The notes below the pieces were generated by a model that saw only the letters and a program-made list of their open reading frames with translations, had not been told where the DNA came from and made no database searches. A stretch of DNA of 63,926 nt, the filler included, from Octopus bimaculoides (lineage: Eukaryota), in the NCBI RefSeq assembly GCF_001194135.2. It is 8 parts of 8 records of this genome, joined end to end, with 100 filler letters (N's around TTAATTAATTAA, not from the genome) between each part and the next. Parts side by side here need not be neighbours in the genome. Positions count along the whole stretch, not along the records: positions 5,217 to 36,620 come from NC_068998.1; 7 more parts are not named here. One strand, written 5' to 3'. This document shows positions 13,248 to 26,957 of the stretch, piece by piece. A program made the position numbers and the translations under genes. Within the stretch, counting starts at the first letter, position 1, and every line of letters starts with the position of its first letter.

Positions 13248-15257
13248 GTATATGTTTGTGTGTCTGTTTGTAATGCTCTCCATCCATTATACATCCATGT
13301 ACACACATGCATGCACACACACACACACACATGCGCACAAACACACACATGCATGCACATGCACATATATAGTTCTATTGTTGGATTTTCCTAGATTACA
13401 ACCTGGTCCCTGTCCTGAATAAGAAAACACATTTTGTTCTCAATGATGATTGAAGACATCTTTACAGACTGAGTTCAAATTCCACCAAGGTTAAACTTTG
13501 AAATTTATTCTTCCAGGGTCACTAAAATAATTTGAGCACTGGCAACAATATAGTTAACTGTTATTCATTCTTCCAACAAATGCTGTGACTTTGTTCTAGT
13601 AATAAAGATATATATTTACTTGTATTATTTCTATTGTAAATTAATGTTTTTTTTTTGGTTCTTTATTGGTGGTGGGGTAGCAAGGGATAGGGAGATTTGA
13701 TCAAAAATTGTTTGCTGTCACAGACAATAACACACAAAGGCAGAATAAATGGACACATACTGAGGAAACAAGTTGTTAAAGCAGCCACGCTGTGGTGATC
13801 ATGATAAAAATATCATCTTTTAAATTGATTGTCTTGTTCACACAATATACATAGCAATATGCAAGAGATATCATCATCGTTGTCATCATCGTCATCATCA
13901 TCATCATCGTCGTCATCATCATCATCGTCGTCCTTTAACGTCCATTTTCTGTGCTGGCATGGGTTGGATGGTTTTACAGGTGCTGGCAAGCTGAGGGACT
14001 ACATCAAGTTCTACTGTCTCTTTTAGCATAAATATATAAACAAATTTTATCGAACACTGAATCTGTTGAAAATACATACAAGCTTTCCATTCTTGCTATT
14101 TATATCTGACATGGAGTTTCATTTTTATGAAAGCTTAATATAAATTTTGGAGGAGGAGGCAATGGTGCTAACAGTGACAGTGGAGAATATAAAAGAAGTT
14201 TTTATACAAGACAAGTAATGAAATTTTCTCTGAAATATAAGACAAATAAACTCATTTATATTCATACTATTCTCTCTTCGCAAAACTCAATATTGAACAA
14301 CCAAATTTTTACAAATTCTTCTGATTGCTTTCTGGTGGGGAAAAAAAAATCACTCATTTTTCTTGTCTTGTTTTCTCTTTTTATTATTCTTTATATTATC
14401 CATGTATTCTGAAAAAGTATATATCTGTCAAAATATTTGAACGAGTGAACTAAAACAAAAAGTGGATATTTCTTATGGAGCTGTTAATGCCTTAAAGTTA
14501 AAGCTGGCCTTGAGCAACACTCTTAACTTAAGCCACATAATCTCTTCTAGCATTTTTTGTAGAGTATCTTAATGTCCAAAACTATAAAAACATCACATTT
14601 TACCAAAATGTTCTAACATGATTATTAAGTCAGACTACAATATTATTATGTTTTAGTCAATGTAATATATCGTGTACTATGTTCTACATTCAATGTTTGT
14701 TAAATCGTCTGTAAATACTGTGGATCAAATTATGACAAGCAGTGGCTTATAAGGCCTTCTGCCAGGAAATACTTGCTCATGCATGGGACCAAGTTTATTG
14801 TGTAGCTTATCATATGGTTCTGAGTTGTAAATGTGTATCTTATTACTGCAAGGATGATCACATGTAGATCAATGAGGATGTATGTAAATGTACATATGCA
14901 CATGTGTTGAGGGGCTTTTGCACTACTGATTGTAAGATAGTGGTTTTTCTTGATTCCTGGACTTCATGATGCATCGTGTTCTTGGGCAAAACTCTTTATT
15001 TTACATCGCTCCAGTTTATTCCTCTGGTGAAAATGAGTAGTCCTGTAACGGATCAGCATCCAATCCATGAAGCAGAGAATATAAATGTGCTGTGAAATGT
15101 AGAAAACCAGCCTTATGGGCTTACAACTCACAGAGAAATTTTCACCCATATTTGTTGGGTTTTTTTTTTTTTTTTTGTGTGTGTTTGTATGCAGATATTC
15201 ATCCCTGTTGTTATGCTGTTGGAGATTGTGTTTTATAGGTAAAAATTAAGTAGTGTT

Positions 15258-15560
15258 TACAAGACAGAAAAGTTCCATTATGATAGAAAGATCCTTTATG
15301 TGGCTGCTGCACTTTCCAGTATTAGCAGTCAAATTTTGTTGAAATTGCTTCTTACTGCATTGAGGANNNNNNNNNNNNNNNNNNNNNNNNNNNNNNNNNN
15401 NNNNNNNNNNNNNNNNNNNNNNNNNNNNNNNNNNNNNNNNNNNNNNNNNNNTACAAGACAGAAAAGTTCCATTATGATAGAAAGATCCTTTATGTGGCTG
15501 CTGCACTTTCCAGTATTAGCAGTCAAATTTTGTTGAAATTGCTTCTTACTGCATTGAGGA
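15258..15560. other. Unmerged contig overlap (artefactual duplication)
   Basis: An identical 109 bp (15258-15366 = 15452-15560) sits on both sides of an N gap. Confidence 0.85.
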
Positions 15561-16440
15561 GAATAATATCTTTCGTCAAATCACAATGCTCTCTAGAAGA
15601 AAAGAATAGGGACAGTTTAAACAACTTTGATTGCATGTCTTCTCACTCAGTACTGACATTGGCGATAATCAAGAATAACACTTCTTTAAAGTGTACAGCA
15701 TTCAAGCACTTATATTGTATTCCAGTAATAAAGTTATTATCTAACAAGTAGAAAAACCAGGCAAGTATGCAAGAGCTGTTTTCACCCTTCCATGGACACT
15801 GGACAGCGCTAATTGTGATTGAAAGAGGGACCTCATACATTGGTGGTGAAAATCTAATATCATGGATTGGTGAGCACTTACATTTGAAATCAGATAGAGA
15901 AAAAGTTTTCAATTGATATAGGATGTGTATATTTTATTAAAAGTTGAAGTTTCTCAATTTTTTTTTTTTTTTACTAAGAGCTTCAACATACCCAAATACT
16001 CCAATTGTATGGACAATCAGCAATGTAAAATTTAAAGTTGTGATTTAATAAACTTCCACAGAAAATAGGATTTAGTCATATATGTGTCGGACACAATACA
16101 TTCAGAACAATCTAATCCGAACCAATACACGATAACGTACTCAATAAATAGCCGACACTAAGTTAGGTTAGTTAGAGTCCCAATATTGGTCTACATGACA
16201 AATGTGTTTAAAAAAATCAGAAATATCACATAAAACATACACACAGTGACACATGGACACACACACATACACTTATGTATCGTTTTGTGTGTATGTGTGT
16301 GTGTGTTTAGTAACAAGACACACTCAAATCTCTCCAGGCATATTACAGTTCATCTCCTTGAAGCATTTATTCAATGAAGGAGCTTCTTTAGCTAATTAGA
16401 AACTGTTTGGGATATGGCCAGTGTCTATGTGAAATAAATG

Positions 16441-16830
16441 TGGAGGCGTAATGGCCTAGTGGTTAGGGCAGCGGACTCGCGGTCATAGGATCGCAGTTTC
16501 GATTCCTAGACCGGGTATTGTGAGTGTTTATTGAACAAAAATACCTAAAGCTCCACGAGACTCCGGCAGGGGATAGTGGCGAACCCTGCTGTACTCTTTC
16601 ACCACAACTTTCTCTCACTCTTACTTCCTGTTTCTGTTGTGCCTGTAATTCAAAGGGTCAGCCTTGTCACACTGCGTCACACTGAATATCCCCGAGAACT
16701 ACATTAAGGGTACACATGTCTATGGAGTGCTCAGCCACTTGCACGTTAATTTCACGAGCAGGCTGTTCCGTTGATCGGATCAACTAGAACCCTCGACGTC
16801 GTAAGCGACAGAGTGCCAACAACAACAACA
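16441..16830 (+). mobile_element. tRNA-derived SINE with Deu/Nin-like central domain
   Basis: Head GGAGGCGTAATGGCCTAGTGGTTAGG...GTTTCGATTCC; central TTGCACGTTAA motif; (CAA)n tail; near-full second copy at 56318-56683. Confidence 0.85.
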
Positions 16831-17128
16831 ACATGTGAAATAAATAAACAGAATGAAACTTGAATATATACATATCTTTTATGTTTTAGCTTGTACTTGC
16901 TTTAATCATTGGACAGCAGCCATGATGGGACATTGCTTTGAAGGGTTTTTAATCAAATGCATCAACCCCATACCTATTCTTTTTAATACCTGGTATTTGT
17001 TTTACTGGTCTTTTGGCTGATATGCTAAGCTACAAGGATGTAAACAAACAAACACCATGTGTCATGTTGTGGTGGGAAACAGACACAAAAACTTATACAC
17101 ATAGGAACATACATACATATTTACATGT

Positions 17129-17240
<112 letters not shown>

Positions 17241-18026
17241 GCGTGTGTACATACGTATATTTGTATGCACATGTGTGTGTGTGTGTGTGTGTGTGTGTAC
17301 ATACGTATATATAAATAAAGCAGGCTTTCAATTTTCAGCTGTCTAACCTACTTGCAATTCTTTGGTGATCCCAGTGGTGTACTAGAAAACACTTGTTCAA
17401 GGTGCCACTCATAGGGACACAACCCAGAACCCAGAGAGAGAGAGAGAGAGAGAGAGAGTAGGTGGTTGGGAAGTGTTGAAAATCAAGCCACCAGATTGTA
17501 CAAGGGACACTTCAGAGCAAATGCCCTTCTATAAATCTGAATAAAATCCTACCAGACTAAGCTAGGGTTTTAACCTAGGAAATATATTGAGAAGACTTAA
17601 AATATAATTGAGTGACTTATGGGGTAACTACATACACATGAATGTACTGAAGAACATATTAATTTATCTAATTCGGGAATTTATTTATTGAGTGAGCTCT
17701 AGAAGTTATTTGGGGCTATGTTAAAATAAAGTAATGTAAGCAATAATTCTTCAATTTACCCATCAAACACTGTAGTTGAATGTGCATATATATGTAGGGG
17801 TTGCACCAGGTTCCATTGTCCGTTTTGGATTGGTTTCTGCAAATGGGTGCCCTTTCTAATGCGAGCCACTTCACATAGTGTATTGGATACTTTTTTTACA
17901 TGGCACCATCACCAGTGCTTTTGGTGGGTAGGTTTTGATTCATTCCATGTCTTCATGGGTCTCCCTCTGCCACAACTTCCCTACACACACACACACACAC
18001 ACCAATGCACACATATATACCTAAAG

Positions 18027-18058
<32 letters not shown>

Positions 18059-20676
18059 CAATGAAAAGTGTAAGATATGGATTCAGAGGATTGTGTATCA
18101 CAGTAAGATCACACAAAATTTCATATCTCTTGACATTATGTTTATATATATATATATACACACACATATGCATACATACAGACACAGACACATACCTATA
18201 TATTGTATTTTTTCTGTTTCCCATGATAACTTGGCTTTTATCTTCTGAGATCAATAAAATATTATCTGTCACTTGCTGGAATTCATTTTATTAACTACAT
18301 CCTCGAAGGTAATGTTTCACCATGGCTACAGTTCAATGACTGGAACTAATGAACTAAAAAAATAAATGGTTACACTTTACATGGTCACAGCTCATTTTAA
18401 GAACCCATTATTTTATGGTGGAACAGATTAAAAAGTTCTGTAGAAGACTGAATAAAGGGATTAGTTGATGCTAGGCTGAAGTATCTATTCATGGGCCATT
18501 TGGTAATTAAGTATTATGTCTGTGAATTCTCAGTGTAGCAATACTGGTTTTGGATTCTTTAGCCATCAAACGTTGAGACACTATAAATCTGGTGAAACTG
18601 TGACTCTTGTTGAAGCAATAGCAATTTTAGCATAAAATTGGCGATAAAAATGCAAATGATGAATAATTAATTATTTAAATTACTGAAAATAAAACAAAAA
18701 TATTTTTTGCAACGCAAAGTTTTAAAATACTGGACAATCAATGCGAAATTTAAATTTTGATTTAAAAATACAATAGGTATTAACTCGACTTTTGATTTGT
18801 AATTGCAAATTAAATAAAAAATTTAAATAGAATTGATATTCAATTATGTACATAGAGTTTTTTCTTTGAATACTTCTTTTTTTTATTCTGCTTTATTTCA
18901 AAGTCTATTTATTTATTTTATTTTATTATTATGAGGATTCTCATGTTCTGATATGATTACCATTTGAAAGTCATTTATTCAAATAAGAATCTTTTAAAAC
19001 AAATAAAGAAATCGATTTATTACAGTTGAAATTATCAATTAAGTTTTTATTGTTGTTTGAGTTTAATATTAGGTCTTATATAGCTGAAACGTTGCAGTAG
19101 ATAAACGCTATATTGATACATAACTCTGTTATTATTGTGTAACACAGTTTAAAATAAACAACAAACTGCCTTCTTCTGTCATTAGTTTGCCCCCAATTAG
19201 TTTATTTCCTCACAGAATTAAGGAAATGAATTGGCATAAAATATAAAATGAAGAACTAAATATCTTGTACCATTTAACTTTATATCCTCTCAGTTCTGAG
19301 TCCAAAGTCAGCAGTGGTTTGTTAATTATTCTTCAAGTCAACTCTGGTCAAGTGAACTCACATTTAAAAGCCATCATTATCATTTAATGTCTGTTTTCCA
19401 TGCTCCAGTCTGATCTGGCTGTGTTTCTACAGCAGGATACCCTTCCTAATGCCAACCACTCCGTGAGTGTAGTGGGTGCTTTTTAAGTGCCACTGGCACA
19501 TGGGCCAGAGGAGGCTAGCAATGACCATGATCGGTTGGTATTTTTTATGTGCCACCAGCATGGAAGCCAGTTAAGCATCGGCCATGTTCAGATGGTGCTT
19601 TTTAAGTGCTTCCGGCATGGGGATCACAACTACAATTTCCATTTGAATTTTATGTACTTGACTCAGTAGGTCTCCTCAAGCACAGCATGTCGCCCTATGA
19701 TCCAAGGTACTTTCGAGTGGGCTGGGGCTGGTTATGCAACACTGGTGTAGGTTTCAGCTGTGAACTCACTTTATTTGCGGGTCTTTAACATCCCAGATAT
19801 GATGCAAGGCTGCAGTGCCCTAACAACCCCTAAGGCATTAAGGGATTCGTCAATAGGGGCATACAGTCCCCCATCATGTTTGCCATTGTGTTGAAAGTGC
19901 TTTGTCTGCTTGATCAAGGCTAATTTTTTATTAAACAGCCAAAAATCATAATAGTTTAGGACAGATTCACTCCAACAAATGAATATAACCAATATCTGGT
20001 TAAACTGAAATAAATGGTAGTAAGGTATGGGAGGGGTAGTGAATGTGACTAATATTCATACTTTCATTCTCTCATCTTTATAACGATAATACTAAAACTA
20101 ATAGTAATGATAATAATAATAATAAGAAGAAGAAGAAGAGGAAGAATTGTTTCTAATATAATATAATAATTAGTTATTAACACTAAACATGATTAGCTAA
20201 GAGAAAAGATAATGGCTCACTTAGAGAAAAGATAAAACTGTAGCAAATCACTATAAACTATAACAAACAAAAAAAAAAAAGCTAAAACAAAACAATAACA
20301 GGATTAGAAAAACAGCTCAGCTTTAGATCGTTGTTTAATTTTTTTGTGTGATTGATTATTTAATTAGTTATTTATTTATTGGATGTACTGGTTTTCTTCA
20401 GATTAATCACACTAGTATTTTTGTTGTTCAAAGATTTTGAATTCAGATCCCATCACAGTGGCCAATAAATGGTCGTTCTTTGAGCATCACAAAAGTAAGG
20501 TGCACACATGGCCCTATGGTTAAGCATTTCATTTTGAAGTTGTATGGTTCTAGTTTCAATCTCATTCTTTGATATCTTGAGGAGAAAATAAGTTCTGCTA
20601 TAGTCTTGATTTGACTAATATCCGTCGAATGTAAATAATATACATAATTCCTCATCTCTTAAATATAGAACTGTAG

Positions 20677-20834
20677 TGGCTGTGTTGTGTGGTAAGTAGC
20701 TTGCTTACCAACCACATGGTTCCAAGTTCAGTCCCACTGCGTGGCACCCTGGGCAAGTGTCTTCTACTATAGCCTCGGACCGACCAAAGCCTTGTGAGTG
20801 GATTTGGTAGACGGAAACTGAAAGAAGCCCGTCG

Positions 20835-20881
<47 letters not shown>

Positions 20882-20925
20882 TTGTGTGTCTGTGTCTGTG
20901 CCCCCAACATCGCTTGACAACCGAT
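20677..20925 (+). mobile_element. Abundant tRNA-derived SINE family A (internal TA/TG microsatellite)
   Basis: GTGTGGTAAGTAGCTTGCTTACCAACCACATGGTTCC..GTTCAGTCCC...TTGGGCAAGTGTCTTCTACTATAGCC...GGAAACTGAAAGAAGCCCGTCG. Other copies or fragments: ~695-800(-), 3480-3800(-), 9600-9945(+), 10040-10165(-), 12960-13080(+), 16880-17090(-), 17330-17430(-), 28575-28735(+), 31845-32060(-), 32915-33075(-), 41425-41610(-). Confidence 0.85.
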
Positions 20926-21907
20926 NNNNNNNNNNNNNNNNNNNNNNNNNNNNNNNNNNNNNNNNNNNNNNNNNNNNNNNNNNNNNNNNNNNNNNNNNNN
21001 NNNNNNNNNNNNNNNNNNNNNNNNNNNNNNNNNNNNNNNNNNNNNNNNNNNNNNNNNNNNNNNNNNNNNNNNNNNNNNNNNNNNNNNNNNNNNNNNNNNN
21101 NNNNNNNNNNNNNNNNNNNNNNNNNNNNNNNNNNNNNNNNNNNNNNNNNNNNNNNNNNNNNNNNNNNNNNNNNNNNNNNNNNNNNNNNNNNNNNNNNNNN
21201 NNNNNNNNNNNNNNNNNNNNNNNNNNNNNNNNNNNNNNNNNNNNNNNNNNNNNNNNNNNNNNNNNNNNNNNNNNNNNNNNNNNNNNNNNNNNNNNNNNNN
21301 NNNNNNNNNNNNNNNNNNNNNNNNNNNNNNNNNNNNNNNNNNNNNNNNNNNNNNNNNNNNNNNNNNNNNNNNNNNNNNNNNNNNNNNNNNNNNNNNNNNN
21401 NNNNNNNNNNNNNNNNNNNNNNNNNNNNNNNNNNNNNNNNNNNNNNNNNNNNNNNNNNNNNNNNNNNNNNNNNNNNNNNNNNNNNNNNNNNNNNNNNNNN
21501 NNNNNNNNNNNNNNNNNNNNNNNNNNNNNNNNNNNNNNNNNNNNNNNNNNNNNNNNNNNNNNNNNNNNNNNNNNNNNNNNNNNNNNNNNNNNNNNNNNNN
21601 NNNNNNNNNNNNNNNNNNNNNNNNNNNNNNNNNNNNNNNNNNNNNNNNNNNNNNNNNNNNNNNNNNNNNNNNNNNNNNNNNNNNNNNNNNNNNNNNNNNN
21701 NNNNNNNNNNNNNNNNNNNNNNNNNNNNNNNNNNNNNNNNNNNNNNNNNNNNNNNNNNNNNNNNNNNNNNNNNNNNNNNNNNNNNNNNNNNNNNNNNNNN
21801 NNNNNNNNNNNNNNNNNNNNNNNNNNNNNNNNNNNNNNNNNNACTGGGTTTTGACAAGAAACAGCTGTAAGTCATATTATTATTATATATGCAGTAGTGA
21901 TACGATG

Positions 21908-22148
21908 AAGTAGTTGTATGCTGCCAACTTAATGTGACAGTCCCCTGAAGGGAATAATACTACTGTTGGTTAGACCTAGGAAGCTGCACCACTTACTGTC
22001 GGCCTTGACACATTTCCTGTGTCCTTATGTGTCAAGGCTGAAATGTCTCAAAGCCAACAGGAAGCGGTGCAGCTTCCTAGGTCTAACTGACAGTAGTATT
22101 ATTCCCTTCAGGGGACTGTCACATTAAGTTGATAGCATACAACTACTT
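21908..22148. repeat. MITE-like hairpin element
   Basis: aagtagttgtatgct...ttagacctaggaagctgcacc pairs with ggtgcagcttcctaggtctaa...agcatacaactactt; inner stem ccttgacaca/tgtgtcaagg. Confidence 0.85.
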
Positions 22149-22274
22149 GATATTATTATTGTTGGATATACCCAAAACAGCTGTAAGACTTTGTAAGATT
22201 TTTTCTAATAGTAATATTGTATATGACTTGAAATGTTTGCCTTGCCTTAATGTTTGTTGTCCTCTTTAGCAATA

Positions 22275-22305
<31 letters not shown>

Positions 22306-22752
22306 TATACACACACATATATATATGTCACTAGGTTGTGGCTAAGGGTGCCAACACACTTACATTGCTAGAAAGGAGAGTTAAAATACTCTTAATGCCA
22401 CATTGCAGTTAGCTGTTTATATTAATTTTTTATATAACCATTAGCATTCAACTAAACCATCCATAAATTTTCATGGTAGATATGTATATGCTGACAGGTG
22501 GAATTAGCCAAACATGTGCCATTTTAGCAGTCCTCAGTGATGAGATCTACGGAATAGACAAGACTGAGGAGTTACAAGTTTGCATGGAGTGTTTGGTTCC
22601 CCCGTTAGCATATATCTACACTCTTCCCATAACATTAAGAGTATTTTAGCTCTTACTTTTTAGCAATGTAGGCGGATTGGCACTCTTAGTCACACCTAAT
22701 GATGACTGAATTTTTTCCTTTATGGTATCGCATAATAGTTAGCTGTTTATAT

Positions 22753-22799
<47 letters not shown>

Positions 22800-23116
22800 T
22801 ATACAGGGCAGGGAATCGTCAATTAGTAATAAAATTAATAATTAACAATTTTGCCGGGTAGCTCAGTATGAAAAAACCTTATCGGTAAAACCATCTATAA
22901 TCATAAATATATAGGGATTAGCATTATCATGCTTCTCCAACTAAAGGCAAGTTGTTTTTTTACTCTTCTCTTCTGTTTTTTGTTCTGTGTACCATGAATA
23001 TCGCTATCAATTTAGAGAAAAATTTGTAGTTTTGGAATCAGTAGTTCTTTGGCTGCTATTTCTGAATTCTCAGTATGTTGGAAAAGCATGATAATGCTAA
23101 TCCCTATATATTTATG

Positions 23117-23153
<37 letters not shown>

Positions 23154-23849
23154 TCAGTCAACACAGAATTGGAATTGCTGTGTAGTTGAGACATTCCCTT
23201 TACAACCATGTGATTCACGATACATTAGCTGTGTATTGACTAATGACTCATAAGTAGAATTCAAGGGATGGAAAGTGTATTGATGTCTGTTGCAATATAG
23301 ATAATTAGATATAAAATACTCATGTTGATGTGTATCTTTAGTTCGTTATTCATATCCTTCTGCAAAGTATATGAATAAAGCATTAAAAGAATATGTGCTT
23401 TACAAGTGAAATTCTTTGAGATATTTGTGTTATGCATTGGGTTTACAAGAGTTCCCTTGTTACTCTTGCCGTCAGAAATGCAGTGAACCAGGGATGCTAT
23501 TGCTTGCAAATTGTAACATATAATCCGCACAATGAAGGCAAATTGGCAGAATCATTAGCATGCCAGTGAAAATGCTTAGTGGCATTTCATCCATCTGTAG
23601 GTTCTGAGTTCAAATCCCTTTCAAGGCAAGGTTGACTTTGCCTTTCATCCTATGATAAAATAAGTCCCAGTTGAGCGCGGTGGGGTGATGTAATTGCCCT
23701 ACACCTCCCTCGAAATCTCTGGACTTGTACCAAAATTTGAAACTAATAAAGTTTGTAATGCAATTAGGCAATGATAAGATTTGGACTCAGAAGGAGATGA
23801 AATAAATTCAAGAAGGCACACGCGCCAACATTCCTATAGTTCCATCACT

Positions 23850-24267
23850 CAGTTCTATATTTAAGAGATGAAGAATTATGTACATTATTTACATTTGATG
23901 GATATTTGTCCTCATCTCGTTTGTTGTTAACACATTTCAGCTGATATACCCTCCAGCCTTCATCAGGTGTCTTGGGGAAATTTCGAACCTGGGTTCTCAT
24001 TCCTAAGATATTTTTCAATGTTGTTATTATTATTATTATTATTATTATTCAGGTCACTGCCTAGAATCGAACTCAGAATCTTGGAGTTAGTAGCTCGCAT
24101 TCTTAACCATAGTGCCATATGAGAAAAACACCTTAGGAATGAGAACCCAGATTCAAAATTTCCCCGAGACAACTGATAAAGAAAGGCTGGAAGGTGTACC
24201 AGCCGAAACACTATGTTAACAACAAACAAGATGAGGACAAATATCTGTTAAATGTAAATAATGTAAA
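23850..24267. mobile_element. Same composite family: minus-strand copy (23850-24121) followed by an inverted partial copy (24131-24267)
   Basis: Shared terminus cagttctatatttaagagatgaag; tRNA-like head at 24051-24120 (-) with B box GTTCGATTC; the CCTTAGGAATGAGAACCC...ATGTAAATAATGTA block is present in both orientations. Confidence 0.8.
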
Positions 24268-24668
24268 TGATGTTCCACCAATCAGTTGCCCTAGGTCTAT
24301 ACCTTTTTATTAACCTAAAAAAACAAAGTTGATCGCCAGGGGATTTGAACTTGCAGCAAAGAGATTCAGAACAAAAACAATGAAGTATTGTATCCAGTCC
24401 CCTAATGACACTGTGCTTTTGGCTAAAAACCATCAGTCATATTTGAAGTTTCATTACCATGGGATTGATAGTATAGTACTAATATGGTTTGATCCAATGA
24501 AATATAGTTTTTCTCATCTATAAAAGCAAATTGGTTTTATGCTTATTTAAGAAATCAATAATACAATGTGTCTATAAAGATGCTTAATCTTGTTTTGAAG
24601 ACAGTTTTAGAGTAATTCCTAAGTTAACATGTGATCTGCAACTGCACTACCAGATTTATCATTATTAT

Positions 24669-24717
<49 letters not shown>

Positions 24718-24723
<6 letters not shown>

Positions 24724-24990
24724 TCCGCCTTGTTTGTTTGTTTGTCCATGGACAAGTTATCTCAAGATCAGCTGGATGGATTCAGATGAAACTTTCAGGG
24801 ATGTTTGGCCTCGTGATGGGCACAAACTGATTAGATTTTGGGATCGATCTGGTACCAAACAAGGATCTGAGATTATTTTTCTGGTTTTTCTTTTTTACTT
24901 AATTTTTGAGAGCGATTGGGTTCATTTCTAGTATTCTCGTTTGTGAGAGCAGTTGAGTTTATCTGAGATATTCTCTTCTTAAAAATCATC
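24718..24990 (+). mobile_element. Unclassified dispersed repeat, probably Helentron-associated
   Basis: Starts ATTACCTCCGCC after (ATT)n, followed by GGATGGATT...TGAAACTTTCAGGGATG, as in DINE-like elements (by recall). Confidence 0.4.
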
Positions 24991-26228
24991 TCTGGCCCAT
25001 CATTGAGAGGATGTTGGTGTTGCCTTGGTGGAGGGTTGCACTCCCTGAGTGCTCTTATTATTATTGTTGTTGTTGTTAGGGGCCATGCTGGCAGAACTGT
25101 TACCACACTGGGCAAAATGCTTAGCGACATTTCGCCCCTCTTTACATTCTGTCTTCAAATTCAGCCAAGGTCAACTTTGACTTTCATCTTTTAAGGGTCG
25201 ATAGAATAAATACCGGTTGATCATTCACATTGATGCAATCACCATTTACCCCTTCCCTAAAAAACTACTGGCCTTTTGCCCAAATTAGAGACCATTATTA
25301 TTATTATTAGTATTATTATAATAGTTGTTATTTAGAATTCATTCAGGTTTAATAAGCGATGTACTCTAACTCCGTTGTTAACACCATGTAAAGATTGCAG
25401 TTATATCAAGACTATTGTAGCATTTTGACAAAACTGCTAAGCATTTCCCCCCCCCCCCCAATCTATCTTCACAGCAAGACAGTGTTTACACACTCAAAAA
25501 CAAGCTAAATATAAATAGTCATTCAAAAAAAGCTAAAAATAGAAGCTAACTCTGACTAAAATCACACTCTGCAGCCTTTAAAAAAAAACCCAGAGACATC
25601 AGTATGCAGGGTAATGCAGTCCTGGATACGTTATTTCTAAAAGGTGGGCTTGTCATACATTCCATGCAATCAGGGCTGGCTTAGAGCTTAACAACAATAA
25701 ATACAACTGCTTAGTTTACATGTCTTTTGGTATGCTGTATACATAAGCAAGGCAGCATTTTTGTTTTATCTTTTTATAAGCAACATCACACAGCATATTA
25801 CAAAATGTTTATATGGCATCTCTACCTATAACAGAGAACATGTGACTTGTATATAGTGGAGTGCTGCAGGAAGTCTACAGAAAGTAAAAATTACAATAGT
25901 AGAGACAGTTGTTGATCTAACCTCTAGCAGTCTTCACAACAATACTGATCGTGTTTGCATTCATGAAAGAGATTTCTTTCATATGCTGTGAGGTATAATT
26001 TACAGTTTAATTTCAAAGATAAATATTATTACTTTTGCAAAGTAAGGCATTTGGGTGTATAAAATGTAAATTTGCAGCAAACCGAAATAAAGTTCCATTT
26101 CATTTATGTTATATACATGTCTTTGAAAAAAGCATTTTTGTTGCATCTTCTATTTGGCACTCATTCCACCAACTTAGAAAAAAAAGGTAAAATGTGGAAG
26201 GCAGCAAACCTATAACAACAGGGAGTAA

Positions 26229-26516
26229 CATCATCATCATCATCGTTTAACGTCCGCTTTCCATGCTAGCATGGGTTGGACGATTTGACTGAGGACTGGT
26301 GAAACCGGATGGCAACACCAGGCTCCAGTCTGATTTGGCAGAGTTTCTACAGCTGGATGCCCTTCCTAACGCCAACCACTCAGAGTGTAGTGGGTGCTTT
26401 TACGTGTCACCTGCACGAAAACGGCCACGCTGGAAATGGTGTCTTTTATGTGCCACCCGCACAAGCCAGTCCAGGGGCACTGGCAACGATCTCGCTCGAA
26501 AATCCTACGGGAGCCA
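26229..26516 (-). mobile_element. RTE-type 3'UTR / tail repeat
   Basis: catcatcatcgtttaacgtccgctttccatgctagcatgggttggac end. Related copies at ~6415-6460, 13860-14010, 19370-19790 and 36290-36620. Confidence 0.7.
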
Positions 26517-26761
26517 NNNNNNNNNNNNNNNNNNNNNNNNNNNNNNNNNNNNNNNNNNNNNNNNNNNNNNNNNNNNNNNNNNNNNNNNNNNNNNNNNNNN
26601 NNNNNNNNNNNNNNNNNNNNNNNNNNNNNNNNNNNNNNNNNNNNNNNNNNNNNNNNNNNNNNNNNNNNNNNNNNNNNNNNNNNNNNNNNNNNNNNNNNNN
26701 NNNNNNNNNNNNNNNNNNNNNNNNNNNNNNNNNNNNNNNNNNNNNNNNNNNNNNNNNNNNN

Positions 26762-26957
26762 CTCTCTTGCACGCCACAACTGATGCTTCTAATGTTCAGC
26801 TTTTCTCTCAAGATACTTACACTCTGACGGGTATTCACATTGACATTACACATCCAACGGAGCATACTGGCTTCATTCCTTGCGAGCTTACGTATGTCCT
26901 CAGCAGTTACAGCCCATGTTTCACTGCCATGTAGCATGGTTGTTCGTACGCATGCCA
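26762..26957 (-). mobile_element. RTE-clade LINE fragment (post-RT region)
   Basis: ACVRTTMLHGSETWAVTAEDIRKLARNEASMLRWMCNVNVNTRQSVSILREKLNIRSISCGVQE. The matching 3'UTR with (GAT)n tail lies across the gap at 26229-26516. Confidence 0.85.

Noticed and set aside
15258-15560. Perfect 109-bp direct repeat
   Set aside because: Flanks an N gap exactly; unmerged contig overlap.
16441-16515. tRNA gene
   Set aside because: A/B boxes continue into a SINE body found again at 56318; no clean cloverleaf or terminator.
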